The position numbers were made by a program, and so were the translations under genes. From assembly GCA_018658715.1 (NCBI GenBank), contig JABHUQ010000034.1, positions 86,230 through 150,229 of the forward strand: 64,000 nucleotides of DNA, written 5' to 3'. Below are positions 8,862 through 17,989 of this stretch, in pieces; position 1 is the stretch's first letter, and each line of letters begins with the position of its first letter. This DNA comes from Fidelibacterota bacterium (GTDB lineage Bacteria; Fidelibacterota; Marinisomatia; Marinisomatales; UBA1611). The notes below the pieces were generated by a model, which had not been told where the DNA came from, searched no databases, and saw only the letters and a program-made list of their open reading frames with translations.

Positions 8862-9728
8862 ATGAAATATTTTTTTATTTTTCCATTTTTCTTTATAATG
8901 TCTTTTGGGCAAGATAATGCTATATCTATTCGAGATTATTATCATTATTCTTTGCATGATATTGAAACACTTGAATCCACAATTACATTTGGGTTGGGAT
9001 CATTAAAATTATCTGCAAATCAAAAATCAAACCAAATAGATGGCTCCATTTATTATTCATCACAATTAGGTAAACCCCTTGTGTCTATGAAGCGATCCAA
9101 TGGTGATGGTAGTTTTGAATTCGATTTTGATCGTGAAGGGATAGATGTTGATTTTTCATTATTAAAATGGGATTTTGATCTTGATGATGTTAAAAATGAA
9201 ATGGAATTCCAATTCCCATCTAAAATTTCAACTGATTTAGAATTAGAATTTGGATTAGGTGAAGCTAAAATTGATTTAACGCATATATCCATATCGGAAT
9301 TTGATCTTGAATGTGGTCTAAGTGAAGTGGATGTTTTTGTTTCTAAACCCAATAATCGGTTATGTGATAAAGTTTCGATTGAAATTGGGATGGCTGATTT
9401 TAATAGTCACGGATTAGGGAATTTAAATAGTGAAGATTTTTCAATTGATGTGGGTTTAGGGGATGCAAATATTGATTTGACAGGATCTTTTTTTCAAGAT
9501 GCTGATGTAGATATTAATGTTGGGCTTGGATCGTTGAATTTAGTTTTACCAAAAAATGCCAATGTAAAACTCAGTGTAGATCATTCCTTCCTTGCATCAG
9601 TTGATGTGAATGATTTATTGAAAAAGGGTGAAAATGCTTACGAGTCCATAGATTGGGACCATAATTTACCTAAAATCGATATTGAAATTTCTGTCGGACT
9701 TGGTGATGTAGATGTTCGCGTTGAGTGA
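8862..9728 (+). CDS. Secreted LiaF-C/DUF2154-like 'toastrack' repeat protein
   Basis: Signal peptide and a recurrent [FV]G[LM]G[DES]x motif: FGLGSLKL, FGLGEAKIDL, CGLSEVDV, VGLGDANIDL, VGLGSLNL, VGLGDVDV. Confidence 0.6.
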   Translation: MKYFFIFPFFFIMSFGQDNAISIRDYYHYSLHDIETLESTITFGLGSLKLSANQKSNQIDGSIYYSSQLGKPLVSMKRSNGDGSFEFDFDREGIDVDFSLLKWDFDLDDVKNEMEFQFPSKISTDLELEFGLGEAKIDLTHISISEFDLECGLSEVDVFVSKPNNRLCDKVSIEIGMADFNSHGLGNLNSEDFSIDVGLGDANIDLTGSFFQDADVDINVGLGSLNLVLPKNANVKLSVDHSFLASVDVNDLLKKGENAYESIDWDHNLPKIDIEISVGLGDVDVRVE

Positions 9729-9742
9729 TAATCGAATCTCCT

Positions 9743-10669
9743 TTATTCATTTATGTTATTTTGATTGATATTTCTTTTTAATCCAACAAATTTCGTTCGT
9801 TTGACTGGAGATTTTTTAAATAAAGTGCGAAATCCATCTTCATTCATTTCATTCCAATCCTGATTTGTAGCATGTAATATTCCTTCTCTTGGTTGAAAGG
9901 ATTGGGCGGATGTCACTACAGAATATTTTTTATTCCAAGGACATACCTCTTGGCAAATATCACATCCATAAATCCAATCATGCAAATTATTCTGTTGTTG
10001 CGGAAATTTTCCTCGGTGTTCGATGGATAAATAAGAAATACATTTACGTGCATCAAGTATATTGGGCTCTAACGCTTGAGTAGGACATGCATCAATACAT
10101 GCAGTACAAGACCCACATAAATCATCTTCGAATGGTTTATCGTAATCCAATGGAATATCTAATAGAATTGCACCTAAAAATAACCAACTGCCATAATCCT
10201 GCGTAATTAAGTTAGTATGCTTCCCTTGCCAGCCTAAACCCGCTTTCTGTGCTATTGGTTTTTCCATAATAGGCGATGTATCCACACACACAATACCTTT
10301 TACATCTGGTGAAAACTCTTTTATGTAGTGTAATAGGTGAAATCCTTTAGATTTTATAGAATCATGGTAATCATCACCCCATGCATAATTGCTCAATTTA
10401 TAGTCACTTTTTAAATCATTTTGGGTGTACCCAGAATAGTAATTAACGCCAAGTGAAATAATTGACTGAACCTCGGGGAAATATTGAAAAATATCACCAC
10501 GCTCATGTTTTCTCTTTACAATCCATTCCATAGAAGCGTGATACTTTTTATACAGCCACGTGTTTAATGCTTCTTTATGTTTATTTCCACTTTCAGGTTC
10601 CGTAATACCAATTTTTTGGATCCCCAATTCAATGGCTTTTTCTTTTATTAAATGTGAAAGATTTGGCAT
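9743..10669 (-). CDS. queG: tRNA epoxyqueuosine(34) reductase
   Basis: 308 aa. Two 4Fe-4S motifs CGSCTACIDACP and CDICQEVCPWN. Overall QueG-like layout. Confidence 0.9.
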   Translation of the reverse strand: MPNLSHLIKEKAIELGIQKIGITEPESGNKHKEALNTWLYKKYHASMEWIVKRKHERGDIFQYFPEVQSIISLGVNYYSGYTQNDLKSDYKLSNYAWGDDYHDSIKSKGFHLLHYIKEFSPDVKGIVCVDTSPIMEKPIAQKAGLGWQGKHTNLITQDYGSWLFLGAILLDIPLDYDKPFEDDLCGSCTACIDACPTQALEPNILDARKCISYLSIEHRGKFPQQQNNLHDWIYGCDICQEVCPWNKKYSVVTSAQSFQPREGILHATNQDWNEMNEDGFRTLFKKSPVKRTKFVGLKRNINQNNINE

Positions 10670-10776
10670 AGTTTAATTTAAATAATCTTTTTGATAGTAC
10701 CTTTTAATTACATTTGTCGACGAGAGACTTAAGATGTTCATTAATTAGGATTATAAGGTAATTCTGGATGAAGCTG

Positions 10777-11061
10777 ATGCATTCAAAAAAGAGAAGATCA
10801 AATTATCTGACTCTTATTTTCATTGATTCAATTTTCCCGAATCTGTTTAATCCAACAACAACTATTTAATATACAGTAGATCGCTTAAATCATACTTCCA
10901 TTCAGAATGGTCAATTAATAGAAAAATTATATGATGGACCAAGGAACCCTAGTACTTACGAAATTCGATGGAATGCATCTCAATACACTAGCGGAGTATA
11001 TTATATTCAATTGAAATCAAATAATAGTGTAGATTATAAAAAGGTATTATTTCTTAAATAG
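10777..11061 (+). pseudogene. Relic of a T9SS (Por) C-terminal sorting domain: stop-interrupted and missing its cargo part
   Basis: In-frame reading: MHSKKRRSNYLTLIFIDSIFPNLFNPTTTI*YTVDRLNHTSIQNGQLIEKLYDGPRNPSTYEIRWNASQYTSGVYYIQLKSNNSVDYKKVLFLK*. It matches the CTD pattern of the 1457-aa protein (FPNPFNPETQI...SGVYVYRIK...KMLMVQ). TAA at 10867-10869 sits where K/R is usual, and there is an apparent short deletion before the 'GQ' strand. Confidence 0.6.
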
Positions 11062-11586
11062 TTGGTTTGCCCATAATACACCAATCACTGTTTTTACATC
11101 TGTGATTTTTCCATTCCACACCATTTGGGTTGCATCTTGAATCGATGTAGGCATTAATTCAATAAATTCATCATCATCACAATTTATTTTCGACTCTATT
11201 AATTCTTCACCCAAATAAAGCCACATAACTTCATCAGCAAATCCAATGGCGGGATGAATATGAGTGAGAAAAGTTAATTTTTTTGGTTTATATCCAATTT
11301 CTTCTTCTAGTTCTCGGTGGGCACACACTTCTGGTTTTTCACCTGGATCTAACTTCCCCGCGGGGAGTTCAATCATTTCTTTTTGAACTGGATATCTGTA
11401 TTGACGAATGAGAGCTAAAGATCCATCAGGAAGGATTGGAATAATACATACTGCTCCTGGATGCTTAATCCATTCTCGTGTACTAGTTTTTCCATTTGGA
11501 AGTTCAACGGTATCTTTTCGAACATCGAGGAAACTACCTTGATAGACATTTTCTGATGAAATGCTTGTTTCTTTTAAGTTAGACAA
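11047..11586 (-). CDS. Nudix hydrolase (ADP-ribose pyrophosphatase-like)
   Basis: 179 aa. Nudix box GKLDPGEKPEVCAHRELEEEIGY. Confidence 0.85.
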   Translation of the reverse strand: MSNLKETSISSENVYQGSFLDVRKDTVELPNGKTSTREWIKHPGAVCIIPILPDGSLALIRQYRYPVQKEMIELPAGKLDPGEKPEVCAHRELEEEIGYKPKKLTFLTHIHPAIGFADEVMWLYLGEELIESKINCDDDEFIELMPTSIQDATQMVWNGKITDVKTVIGVLWANQLFKK

Positions 11587-11588
11587 TT

Positions 11589-13058
11589 TTATTCAGTGTA
11601 TTCGGCTTTCCCAAATGCCAACATGGGGAGAAAAATAAAAGGAAGAAAAATTAAACCAACTGTAAATAAGATTTTTTTACCAAATACTTTTGCTAATTGC
11701 AATGACCCTAGTATATGGCCCACCGGAAATAGGAATAAAAATATAATCCACCATACTGGTTTTTGAATCACCTTTGTAAAAATGAATAAATTGAAAAATG
11801 GAATGAGTGCCTTCCAGCCAGATTGACCTGCCTTAGCAAAAATTTTCCAATAAGATGCTATCATAATAAGCAATATGAACCCAACACATGAAATAACAAT
11901 AATAAATAACGTACTTGAAAAATCAATGAATGACCCAGGCGGTTCAGGTTCATTTTTTCCCGACTTTTTCTTAATCTTTTTTCCTTTGCCAACCATTGAG
12001 CCAACACTTTGGATTTTAAAAGCTTGGGGTGGCGTCATATCGAAGATGATTTCACTATCGTCTGATGATTCTGAAACTTGCTCTCCCGCATTCCCAGCTA
12101 AATCTCTAAAATCGATAGAAAATGGGACAACACCTTCAGAATCAGATTCTGTGAAAATATGGTAATAAGTAAATTTATTTTCTTTTGTATTTTTTTCATC
12201 TGCGTGATTACTATTCAATAAAACAGTGATATCTTGTATAGATTCACTAGAATTAAACATCAAAAATGATGTATCACCTTTCACCGCTAAATGTTTCCCA
12301 TACGTATTGGAAGAGTATATGTGTATATCACTTAATTCGGGTAATGTACCATCAAATACTATGGATGTTGTGTCGGTTGTTTCTGTAACTGTTTCGCCCG
12401 GATTTTTTGCATAATCCATAAAGGAAATACTAAAAGTCACTTTCCCATCATCTGCATCTCCAAATCCATATTCTACCATCCAAGATGTTTCATTGCCAAC
12501 TGGATCGAATGAATCTCCATTAATTTCTACTTTGGGTGTTTTGATTGGTTCACTTACTTTAAAAAATAATGTTAATGTATCTCCCAGAATCGCCAATCCA
12601 GCATTATTCTGATTAGTAGATTTAACTGAAACATATGTTAAAGCTGGAATCGTTTCATCGATTGTTAACATGCTATCACTTACAGAGCCAACTAGGCTAT
12701 TTCCAGCACGATCCCATATTTCTGCAATAAATTGGGTTGTACCTCCTTCAGTAAATCCATCCAAAGAAGCAAAATCTTTCCGCGGAATCAATATTTCTTT
12801 TATGTCGTCTGTGTCGCCTTTTTCAATAGATTCATCCTGACCTACATTTTGAAAAGTTTTTCCTCCGTCAAAACTTGACCGAACTTGAATGCGACCCCCT
12901 ATTAAAGATTCATCATCTACTAATGGAACTTCAATTTTAACCGATGATGATAAACTATTCCAATATATTTTGGAATTATTCTCTGGCTCATCCTGACCAA
13001 ATAGAATAGAGATCAAAAATATTATAGATAAGGAACTAATCCATTTATTCCCAATCAT
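11589..13058 (-). CDS. Surface protein with three Ig-like repeats and a C-terminal polytopic membrane domain (DUF5684-like)
   Basis: Signal/anchor, then repeated modules ending ...F[SM]I.F.D.A[GK]N.GE.V.E..D...I.FD.T.P. A Lys-rich linker (GKGKKIKKKSGKNEPEPP) follows. The C-terminus has four hydrophobic segments containing IFAKAGQSGWKALIPFFNLFIF. Confidence 0.5.
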   Translation of the reverse strand: MIGNKWISSLSIIFLISILFGQDEPENNSKIYWNSLSSSVKIEVPLVDDESLIGGRIQVRSSFDGGKTFQNVGQDESIEKGDTDDIKEILIPRKDFASLDGFTEGGTTQFIAEIWDRAGNSLVGSVSDSMLTIDETIPALTYVSVKSTNQNNAGLAILGDTLTLFFKVSEPIKTPKVEINGDSFDPVGNETSWMVEYGFGDADDGKVTFSISFMDYAKNPGETVTETTDTTSIVFDGTLPELSDIHIYSSNTYGKHLAVKGDTSFLMFNSSESIQDITVLLNSNHADEKNTKENKFTYYHIFTESDSEGVVPFSIDFRDLAGNAGEQVSESSDDSEIIFDMTPPQAFKIQSVGSMVGKGKKIKKKSGKNEPEPPGSFIDFSSTLFIIVISCVGFILLIMIASYWKIFAKAGQSGWKALIPFFNLFIFTKVIQKPVWWIIFLFLFPVGHILGSLQLAKVFGKKILFTVGLIFLPFIFLPMLAFGKAEYTE

Positions 13059-13800
13059 TCAATAAATCCTTCGCTAATGATTGTTGCTCAAAATCTTCAA
13101 CTGGCTCATCATCTGATAGTGGCATCTGAATCAAATCTGTAAGAATTTGAATCGCTTTTGTTTTTTGTTTATCCTTATGTAATGCTCTTGCCAAATATAC
13201 GGTTTGAGTAAACGTGGATCTTCCTGTTTCATACGCTTGAGTTAGATAGGATACAGCATCATCATTATCCGGCCAGGATAAAATAAAAGGAATATAGGGT
13301 GACTTAAAATGGACAGCGCCCAGCATGAAATAACCTCCTCCATTCCAATAATATGGATCAAGAGAAATAATTTCTTCAGCCTGTGTTTTCATAATATCTG
13401 AAACTCCCTCTTTCGCCGCAGTCAAAATACCATATACTTCTGACCAACTGCCCAAATTTGCTAAATACCAATATCGTAATGAAGCGGATTTCGGATATTT
13501 CTCAATAGATGATTCACCTAAGTCTTTTCCCTTTTGGAAAATTGATTTTTTACTTTCAACATTGGTTAATACGAATTTCCCTTTATAATAATAGCACTTC
13601 AATAAGGCGAGCATGGATTCTTCTTCATTCTCTGACAAGGATGATTCAAAAAGAGAAATAGCAGAATTGATTGGACCTGCTTGCGCTTTCATCCCCGAAC
13701 TGCCTTCAGCTCGGTTTAGGTATTGTTCCATTCCTTTTACAAAATTGGTTTGCCCAAATAATGTACTAAACAAAAAGGATATAATGATTAACTGTTTCAT
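13045..13800 (-). CDS. Secreted helical (TPR-like) protein, function unknown
   Basis: Signal peptide. Helix-rich composition. Weak resemblance to TatT-type TPR proteins (YWNGGGYFMLGAVHF). 14-nt overlap with the downstream gene. Confidence 0.3.
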   Translation of the reverse strand: MKQLIIISFLFSTLFGQTNFVKGMEQYLNRAEGSSGMKAQAGPINSAISLFESSLSENEEESMLALLKCYYYKGKFVLTNVESKKSIFQKGKDLGESSIEKYPKSASLRYWYLANLGSWSEVYGILTAAKEGVSDIMKTQAEEIISLDPYYWNGGGYFMLGAVHFKSPYIPFILSWPDNDDAVSYLTQAYETGRSTFTQTVYLARALHKDKQKTKAIQILTDLIQMPLSDDEPVEDFEQQSLAKDLLNDWE

Positions 13801-13813
13801 GTTTTACTCCGAA

Positions 13814-14575
13814 TTAAAAGTATTCTATGTATGTGATTTTTAATTCTCGTTTAAAATATTCAACTTTTTCTTCATCAAATAACAAATTATTAAAATTGAT
13901 TTCAAGATGTAAATGCTCAACAAACGTCCATCGAATAGCCGCATTTAAATATCCCCCTTTATTGATAGACATATTTTCTGCTGTCATATCATTTTCATTT
14001 AAAGCGGGGTTATACTCCACTAGAATAGAAAATTCAGGATTTAATTCCATGTCCATTCCAAAGAAGTAATTCATATCTTCATCATCTTGTTTCTCAGTAA
14101 AATTATAGTTTATTCCAGAATGAAATCCAAAATTCCCAAAAGGTGTTTTCCAATTTTTACTTCCAACAAAATACACACCATAAGCTTTTGTATCATAGCG
14201 ATCTAAAGAATCAACAAAATCACCAAAACCTTGAGTGTTTACACCCAAAGCAACACCAGGAAGGGACATAGATTCATCAATAACTTGATATTTTAAATGT
14301 GCTTCCGGGCGCGGATACCATTTTAAACTATCGTCACCAATTAAATTAGGAGACCCAAAAGATAGTCCAAATTGAAATCGATCGGTAATGCCGGCCTGCA
14401 ATGTACCAATCATGCCACCTTCGTCTTGAATACGGATACCTAGACTATAACTCCCACGAGTAAGTGAACCAGCAGTAGGAACCGTAATCAGACTTGTTGG
14501 CGGCGGGAACGATTGCCCCAAAGCGATAGTCGCTAGAAAAAAGGTAAAGAATATCTTATGTTTAATATTTCGCAT
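13814..14575 (-). CDS. Predicted small outer-membrane beta-barrel protein
   Basis: Signal peptide, alternating hydrophobic pattern, C-terminal ...KITYIEYF (terminal Phe). Confidence 0.4.
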   Translation of the reverse strand: MRNIKHKIFFTFFLATIALGQSFPPPTSLITVPTAGSLTRGSYSLGIRIQDEGGMIGTLQAGITDRFQFGLSFGSPNLIGDDSLKWYPRPEAHLKYQVIDESMSLPGVALGVNTQGFGDFVDSLDRYDTKAYGVYFVGSKNWKTPFGNFGFHSGINYNFTEKQDDEDMNYFFGMDMELNPEFSILVEYNPALNENDMTAENMSINKGGYLNAAIRWTFVEHLHLEINFNNLLFDEEKVEYFKRELKITYIEYF

Positions 14576-15530
14576 TACGTATTGGCTCCGGATAAATTAC
14601 GGTTCCATTTCGGGATGTCAAAGACTCTACGCGATGTTTTGGTACGGTTAATAAGTCTCCGGCCTCGCTCAATTTAAATTGAATTCCACCTTCTTCTAAT
14701 GAAATAAATTCTACTTCCATTCGTTGCCCAGATTTAAAAATAATTTCATCTAATTCAGTCCGCGGAATTATACCGCCATGGGGAACAATAATTCGTTTTT
14801 CTTTAATTTCTTTCATAATTATTTCAGATTCACTCAATGTATTTCCTGTTCTAGGAGGAGGCACTTTATATAATTGATCTGCAGGAGCCATCTCTAAAGA
14901 CATATGTGAAATTAATTCACCGTCTCGTCCATATTCCCAAATTTGATTTACATTTGACATTACATCAAATTTATAATGAAAACGACGTATAACATTTCCT
15001 GATATTAAATCTCTCCACCGTTCTTCTTTTAAAAAACCAAGATAATCATAATCCAATTCAACTTGTCCATACTTCACTCCATTTATGGTTTCAAATTGGA
15101 TTTTTGATACTTGCTTACCGTCAGGAATATAAAAGTGCGTTTGTTGTCCGTCAACTGAGAGTGTATTATTACCTTGAATCCACCAATTAATAAATTCCAT
15201 ACTCCACGGCTCAGACTCACTAAAATCAACCAAATCTAAATATTCATTTTTATGATTAATTGATCCTTTACGAATGAGTTTGCCATCCATGTATTCTAAT
15301 GCTTCTCTGTCAGCCGTAAATCCACTTGGGCTTATATGTTCAATTAATACAGATTGATCATTTTCATTGTATGAAACCTGAATATGTGAAATCCCCCGGC
15401 GCTCAGTTGCCATTATGGATTTTTTTAAATTATAATCATTAAGTGATTTGAAATACTTAACATATGCAATATCTGAATTTTGCGCCAAAAGAAAGGGCGT
15501 AAGTAGAATTATTAGTAGTATTTTTTTCAA
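14562..15530 (-). CDS. Hypothetical secreted protein
   Basis: 322 aa with signal peptide MKKILLIILLTPFLLAQ. No motif recognised. In-operon position. Confidence 0.4.
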   Translation of the reverse strand: MKKILLIILLTPFLLAQNSDIAYVKYFKSLNDYNLKKSIMATERRGISHIQVSYNENDQSVLIEHISPSGFTADREALEYMDGKLIRKGSINHKNEYLDLVDFSESEPWSMEFINWWIQGNNTLSVDGQQTHFYIPDGKQVSKIQFETINGVKYGQVELDYDYLGFLKEERWRDLISGNVIRRFHYKFDVMSNVNQIWEYGRDGELISHMSLEMAPADQLYKVPPPRTGNTLSESEIIMKEIKEKRIIVPHGGIIPRTELDEIIFKSGQRMEVEFISLEEGGIQFKLSEAGDLLTVPKHRVESLTSRNGTVIYPEPIRNAKY

Positions 15531-15536
15531 AATGAT

Positions 15537-16994
15537 TTATTCGTTAGGTTGTAAATCCTCATCAAGTGTGTTGGACAATTTGAACCTTAAAACGCTAGAC
15601 GTTGTTGGGTCACACACATACACCACACCTCTTTTATCCACCGTCACCGCAGATGGTTTCTCCAAGAGACCTTTTTCTTCTCTTTTATAAAACGTATCAA
15701 CAGAGACGCTATCATAAATAGCTTCATAAAGAACAGTATCCACTGTTACAGAATCATTTAATGTTAATGTTGTATCGATGGTTAATGTATCAATAATGGA
15801 CCAAATATTCACAGTAGTATCTATAGTAGAAAATTGAACCCCAGCTTTTAAGAAATAATCTCCATCTGGATTAAAAATGAGAATTTCCCGTTCATTGGAA
15901 TTTGCCACATATATTTTCAAATCTCTATCTACAGCTATATCTGTTGGTTGGCTAAATAAACCACTTTGCATTATATCCCATGTTGGGTGAAGACCTGAAC
16001 TATACGTTGTGTAATCCCCAGAATAATTTGGAATTATTTTATGAATTGGGAAGTAGTTGCCAAACTGAGAATAATAAATATTCCCCAAATAATCTACATC
16101 AATAGATCGAGGATCATTAACCGTTCCACCACCTGTTCCTTGGCCTTTAATGGTTGCTCCAAATATTCCTTTAAACGTCCAAAGAGTATCACCTTCATTT
16201 GTAATTATTACATCTGATTTTCTAAAATCAATCCTCATTACACGTTGTTGATAATTATTTAGACCACCATAATGATCGGTGGCATAAATATAGTTTTCGT
16301 CAGATGCTGGAGCAGTAATAGCAGAAATTTTGCTGGAATCACCTGAGTAAAATGTATCTTTCTCTTTATTAATCTGTTGTTGGCCGTCATAAAATATATG
16401 TGGACTTAATGCAGAATCGATTCTAGCTTGGTCTTGACTAAAAGAAATATTAGCTAATCCCCATTCTGAATCATTTATTCTTTCTTCCCATTGGGCTGTT
16501 GTTGCATCCCAGTCTTCAGTTGCCCCAGTAGCTAAATGCACAAATGTGCCACTTGATGAAATATGGCTTACACCCGTGTGGTTCCAATAATAATTCCACA
16601 TAAAAATACGTTGTTTCCCATCAATGAAAAAAATGTTCATTTTTTGATCAACGTCTACGTCTATCGGTCGTATGAGTTGGTATTCAAAATGAAGATTTTT
16701 TAAACCATCAAAACCTGATGGTCTATTTCCGTTTTGATCAAATACAATGATACTATTATTACCACTATCTGCCACAAAGACTCGCCCATCTTGAGCAATG
16801 GATATTTCAACGGGATTAACTAATTCATATGTTTCATCCCAGACAGGGCTAAGAAGGAGATATGTTGTATCGCCTGCTAAAAAATTACCAGATGTTTCCT
16901 CAATAATTGTATCGGGAATAATAAATTTTTCTACACATCCTACAAGGAAAAATAAAACGAATATATATACGGTTTTTTTCATTTTAAAATTCAA
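15537..16994 (-). CDS. NHL-repeat beta-propeller lipoprotein
   Basis: Lipobox FFLVGC. NHL-like blades (VADSGNNSIIVFDQNGN; YVANSNEREILIFNPDGD; VYVCDPTTSSVLRF). Confidence 0.6.
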   Translation of the reverse strand: MNFKMKKTVYIFVLFFLVGCVEKFIIPDTIIEETSGNFLAGDTTYLLLSPVWDETYELVNPVEISIAQDGRVFVADSGNNSIIVFDQNGNRPSGFDGLKNLHFEYQLIRPIDVDVDQKMNIFFIDGKQRIFMWNYYWNHTGVSHISSSGTFVHLATGATEDWDATTAQWEERINDSEWGLANISFSQDQARIDSALSPHIFYDGQQQINKEKDTFYSGDSSKISAITAPASDENYIYATDHYGGLNNYQQRVMRIDFRKSDVIITNEGDTLWTFKGIFGATIKGQGTGGGTVNDPRSIDVDYLGNIYYSQFGNYFPIHKIIPNYSGDYTTYSSGLHPTWDIMQSGLFSQPTDIAVDRDLKIYVANSNEREILIFNPDGDYFLKAGVQFSTIDTTVNIWSIIDTLTIDTTLTLNDSVTVDTVLYEAIYDSVSVDTFYKREEKGLLEKPSAVTVDKRGVVYVCDPTTSSVLRFKLSNTLDEDLQPNE

Positions 16995-17988
16995 ATCCTA
17001 TACTTAGTCGTGTTGGATCTGTTAAATGTTGAAAGTTTGAATAACTGTAATCAATTTTTAAAGCTGTTGATCCAATAGGGACATGAAACCCAACTCCAAA
17101 TGAATAGTTTTCTTCTAATTTATTCAATTTATATCCACTACGGATATATAACATTTTATAAAGACTTAATTCCACCCCAAATACAATATATTCTGCATTA
17201 TCAACCGGGTGATTTAACTGAATAGCTCCTTCTAAGGAGTGTTGGTCTGTATTCCATAAATTCATTGCCGTTCCAACTCTAAAGATCGTAGGAGGCGAAA
17301 AAGCTTGAAATGATGTTTCATCAACAATTTCCTCACCTGTATTAAAATCTAGAATTCGTTTTTCATATGTCCCGTTTGGTTTTACCTCTGGACCAAAATG
17401 GAGTAATGATGCAGAAAACCTTAATGATTGATAACCTGTCCAATAAAATGTACCCATATCCATCATAGTTGCCCCCATGGATTGCTGGGCTAAATCTTCT
17501 TGGACATATTTTAACGTTACGCCGAAACTAAACCTGTCGGTCATTCTTGCTCCATATGTTAATGCAAAAAAACGATCCTGAAATACAAAATAATTTCCCG
17601 TTCCAGTTGGTAAATATTCCGTTGTTTCCATCATTGGCGCCATGTGAAGAATGCCACCACTGATTCCAAAATACTGTTGACGAAATATGCGTTGAGTATA
17701 ACTTGCATAATCATAAAAAATATCTGCAGGATACGTAACCTTCGATAGTATTAACTGCGGCTCTTTGAACTGAGCAACTATTGCTGGATTATAATAAATG
17801 GAGGATGCATCTTGGCTCATAGCAACCACAGCTTCTCCCATACCAACTGCGCTGGCACTAACTCCAATATTCAAGAAAGTGAAAACAGATGTCCCAACTC
17901 TTTGTCCGCCCAAAATTGGAAATAAATTTTGTCCCCAAACAGCACTTAGTAAAAGAAAAAGAATACTATATTTTTTTATATATTTCAT
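16984..17988 (-). CDS. PorV/PorQ-family-like outer-membrane beta-barrel
   Basis: Signal peptide. N-terminal motif GVSASAVGMGEAVVAMSQDASSIYYNPA typical of the PorV/PorQ (UPF0164-like) family. C-terminal ...RLSIGFEF. Confidence 0.5.
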   Translation of the reverse strand: MKYIKKYSILFLLLSAVWGQNLFPILGGQRVGTSVFTFLNIGVSASAVGMGEAVVAMSQDASSIYYNPAIVAQFKEPQLILSKVTYPADIFYDYASYTQRIFRQQYFGISGGILHMAPMMETTEYLPTGTGNYFVFQDRFFALTYGARMTDRFSFGVTLKYVQEDLAQQSMGATMMDMGTFYWTGYQSLRFSASLLHFGPEVKPNGTYEKRILDFNTGEEIVDETSFQAFSPPTIFRVGTAMNLWNTDQHSLEGAIQLNHPVDNAEYIVFGVELSLYKMLYIRSGYKLNKLEENYSFGVGFHVPIGSTALKIDYSYSNFQHLTDPTRLSIGFEF

Positions 17989-17989
17989 T

